A stretch of DNA of 64,000 bases. Origin: Takakia lepidozioides (taxonomy: Eukaryota; Plantae; Bryophyta). The position numbers and the translations under genes are program-made. The stretch spans positions 8,928,001-8,992,000 of the forward strand of contig CM060731.1 of the NCBI GenBank assembly GCA_030704615.1, read 5' to 3'. Of the stretch, positions 63,057-64,000 are shown piece after piece (position 1 is the first letter of the stretch; each line of letters begins with the position of its first letter). A model generated the notes under the pieces. It was not told the origin of the DNA, searched no databases, and was given only the letters and a program-made list of their open reading frames with translations.

Positions 63057-64000
63057 CTGTCATACAGAAGATGGTTTCGTAGTAGACTTTAGGCTTTTTT
63101 CTCTATATTGCCAGATCCAAAGCACATCCTTACAGTCTGGTAGCTCCAAGCAAAACGAGTTCTTTTAAGTCTATAGCAGCACGGTTTTGACAAGTCATCT
63201 AGATCCAGATGCAGTACTAGTTGTCACTGACAATTACCTCATAACTTTAAGACCATCGCAGGAATAATAGTACTACAGGATACATGAATGTTTGAGTTTG
63301 CACCAAGGAGTATTCACAAATTATATGTAGCCTTATACTATAGAAGGTAAGCATCAATATACGCATTGATTACTGACAGACAAAATGCAATTTATGGATC
63401 ATCAGCCTGGGCGCAGTACTGACTACAGATTGATTCAAGTATTTTTGCTTGCAAGTTTGTGGGTATGCCAGAGATCCTCGCATATGACTTTCTTGGAAGA
63501 AACCTCTAAGCGTAGTCTTACACGAAATACACTTGTTAGTACACAGCCTTTCTCACACACCCTGCGTGATCTGCAAGTGGAATCACATCGAATTAACTGA
63601 AGTAAAGTGCCTGTGCAAGGACTATAGAGCGGGGAAACTGGAGACTCAAGAACTCGTTCAGAATCCTAGATCATAGATCTAATTTTTATGATTATCAACA
63701 GTCCAGCAACTGTGCTGGGAATTTGAAGCTCACTTCAATTGCACAGTTGGATCTGGAGGACACAAGAATGGCCCCTGTATCGCTTGTGGAAAAGTGGAAT
63801 TTCTGGCTCATTTCTGGACCACAGGGCACTCAATGCCCATCTTCTTGAACAGAAGACGTCCAGTTTCTGCATACACAATCAAGCCCACACGCTGTCCCTA
63901 CAATGTCAAGTTCCACCTACTAACTCTAGATAGAAGGAACTTAAGAAGCTCCAGCTTGTTGATGCTGGCCACTGCATACGTGGGATACATTTCAGCTTAT

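Overview
Eukaryotic DNA from a land plant, most likely a bryophyte or other early-diverging lineage. Support: moss-type Ty3/Gypsy and MULE-like sequences, a PLS-class PPR gene, an LBD exon and a SAM-domain gene. Positions ~1-46.9 kb are a nest of transposons and ~47-64 kb are gene-sparse host sequence. The nest holds several broken copies of one Gypsy family ('A') and one copy of a related family ('C'), both with a long extra ORF after integrase. The standout is an 11.9-kb minus-strand Gypsy element ('D', 13630-25540, 4-bp TSD GGGA). It has five unusual features: (i) a complete DNMT3-like C5-cytosine methyltransferase motif set inside pol, between protease and RT; (ii) a PHD finger on integrase; (iii) split, circularly permuted LTRs (B..internal..A-gc-B-t-A) that look like a two-LTR circle opened at a palindrome inside the LTR; (iv) a self-priming PBS; (v) a ~1.6-kb 5' mosaic of short host-gene fragments (LUC7, GIY-YIG, CLU/REC, CID7-like). 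A second candidate system is a 3.8-kb module in the 3'-LTR position of family A (27608-31421). It has inverted arms, a palindromic-repeat array and a 4-exon beta-class N4C/N6A-methyltransferase-like gene. Matching target-site duplications also reveal a large inversion within the nest. All family assignments come from motif recognition by eye; no searches were run.
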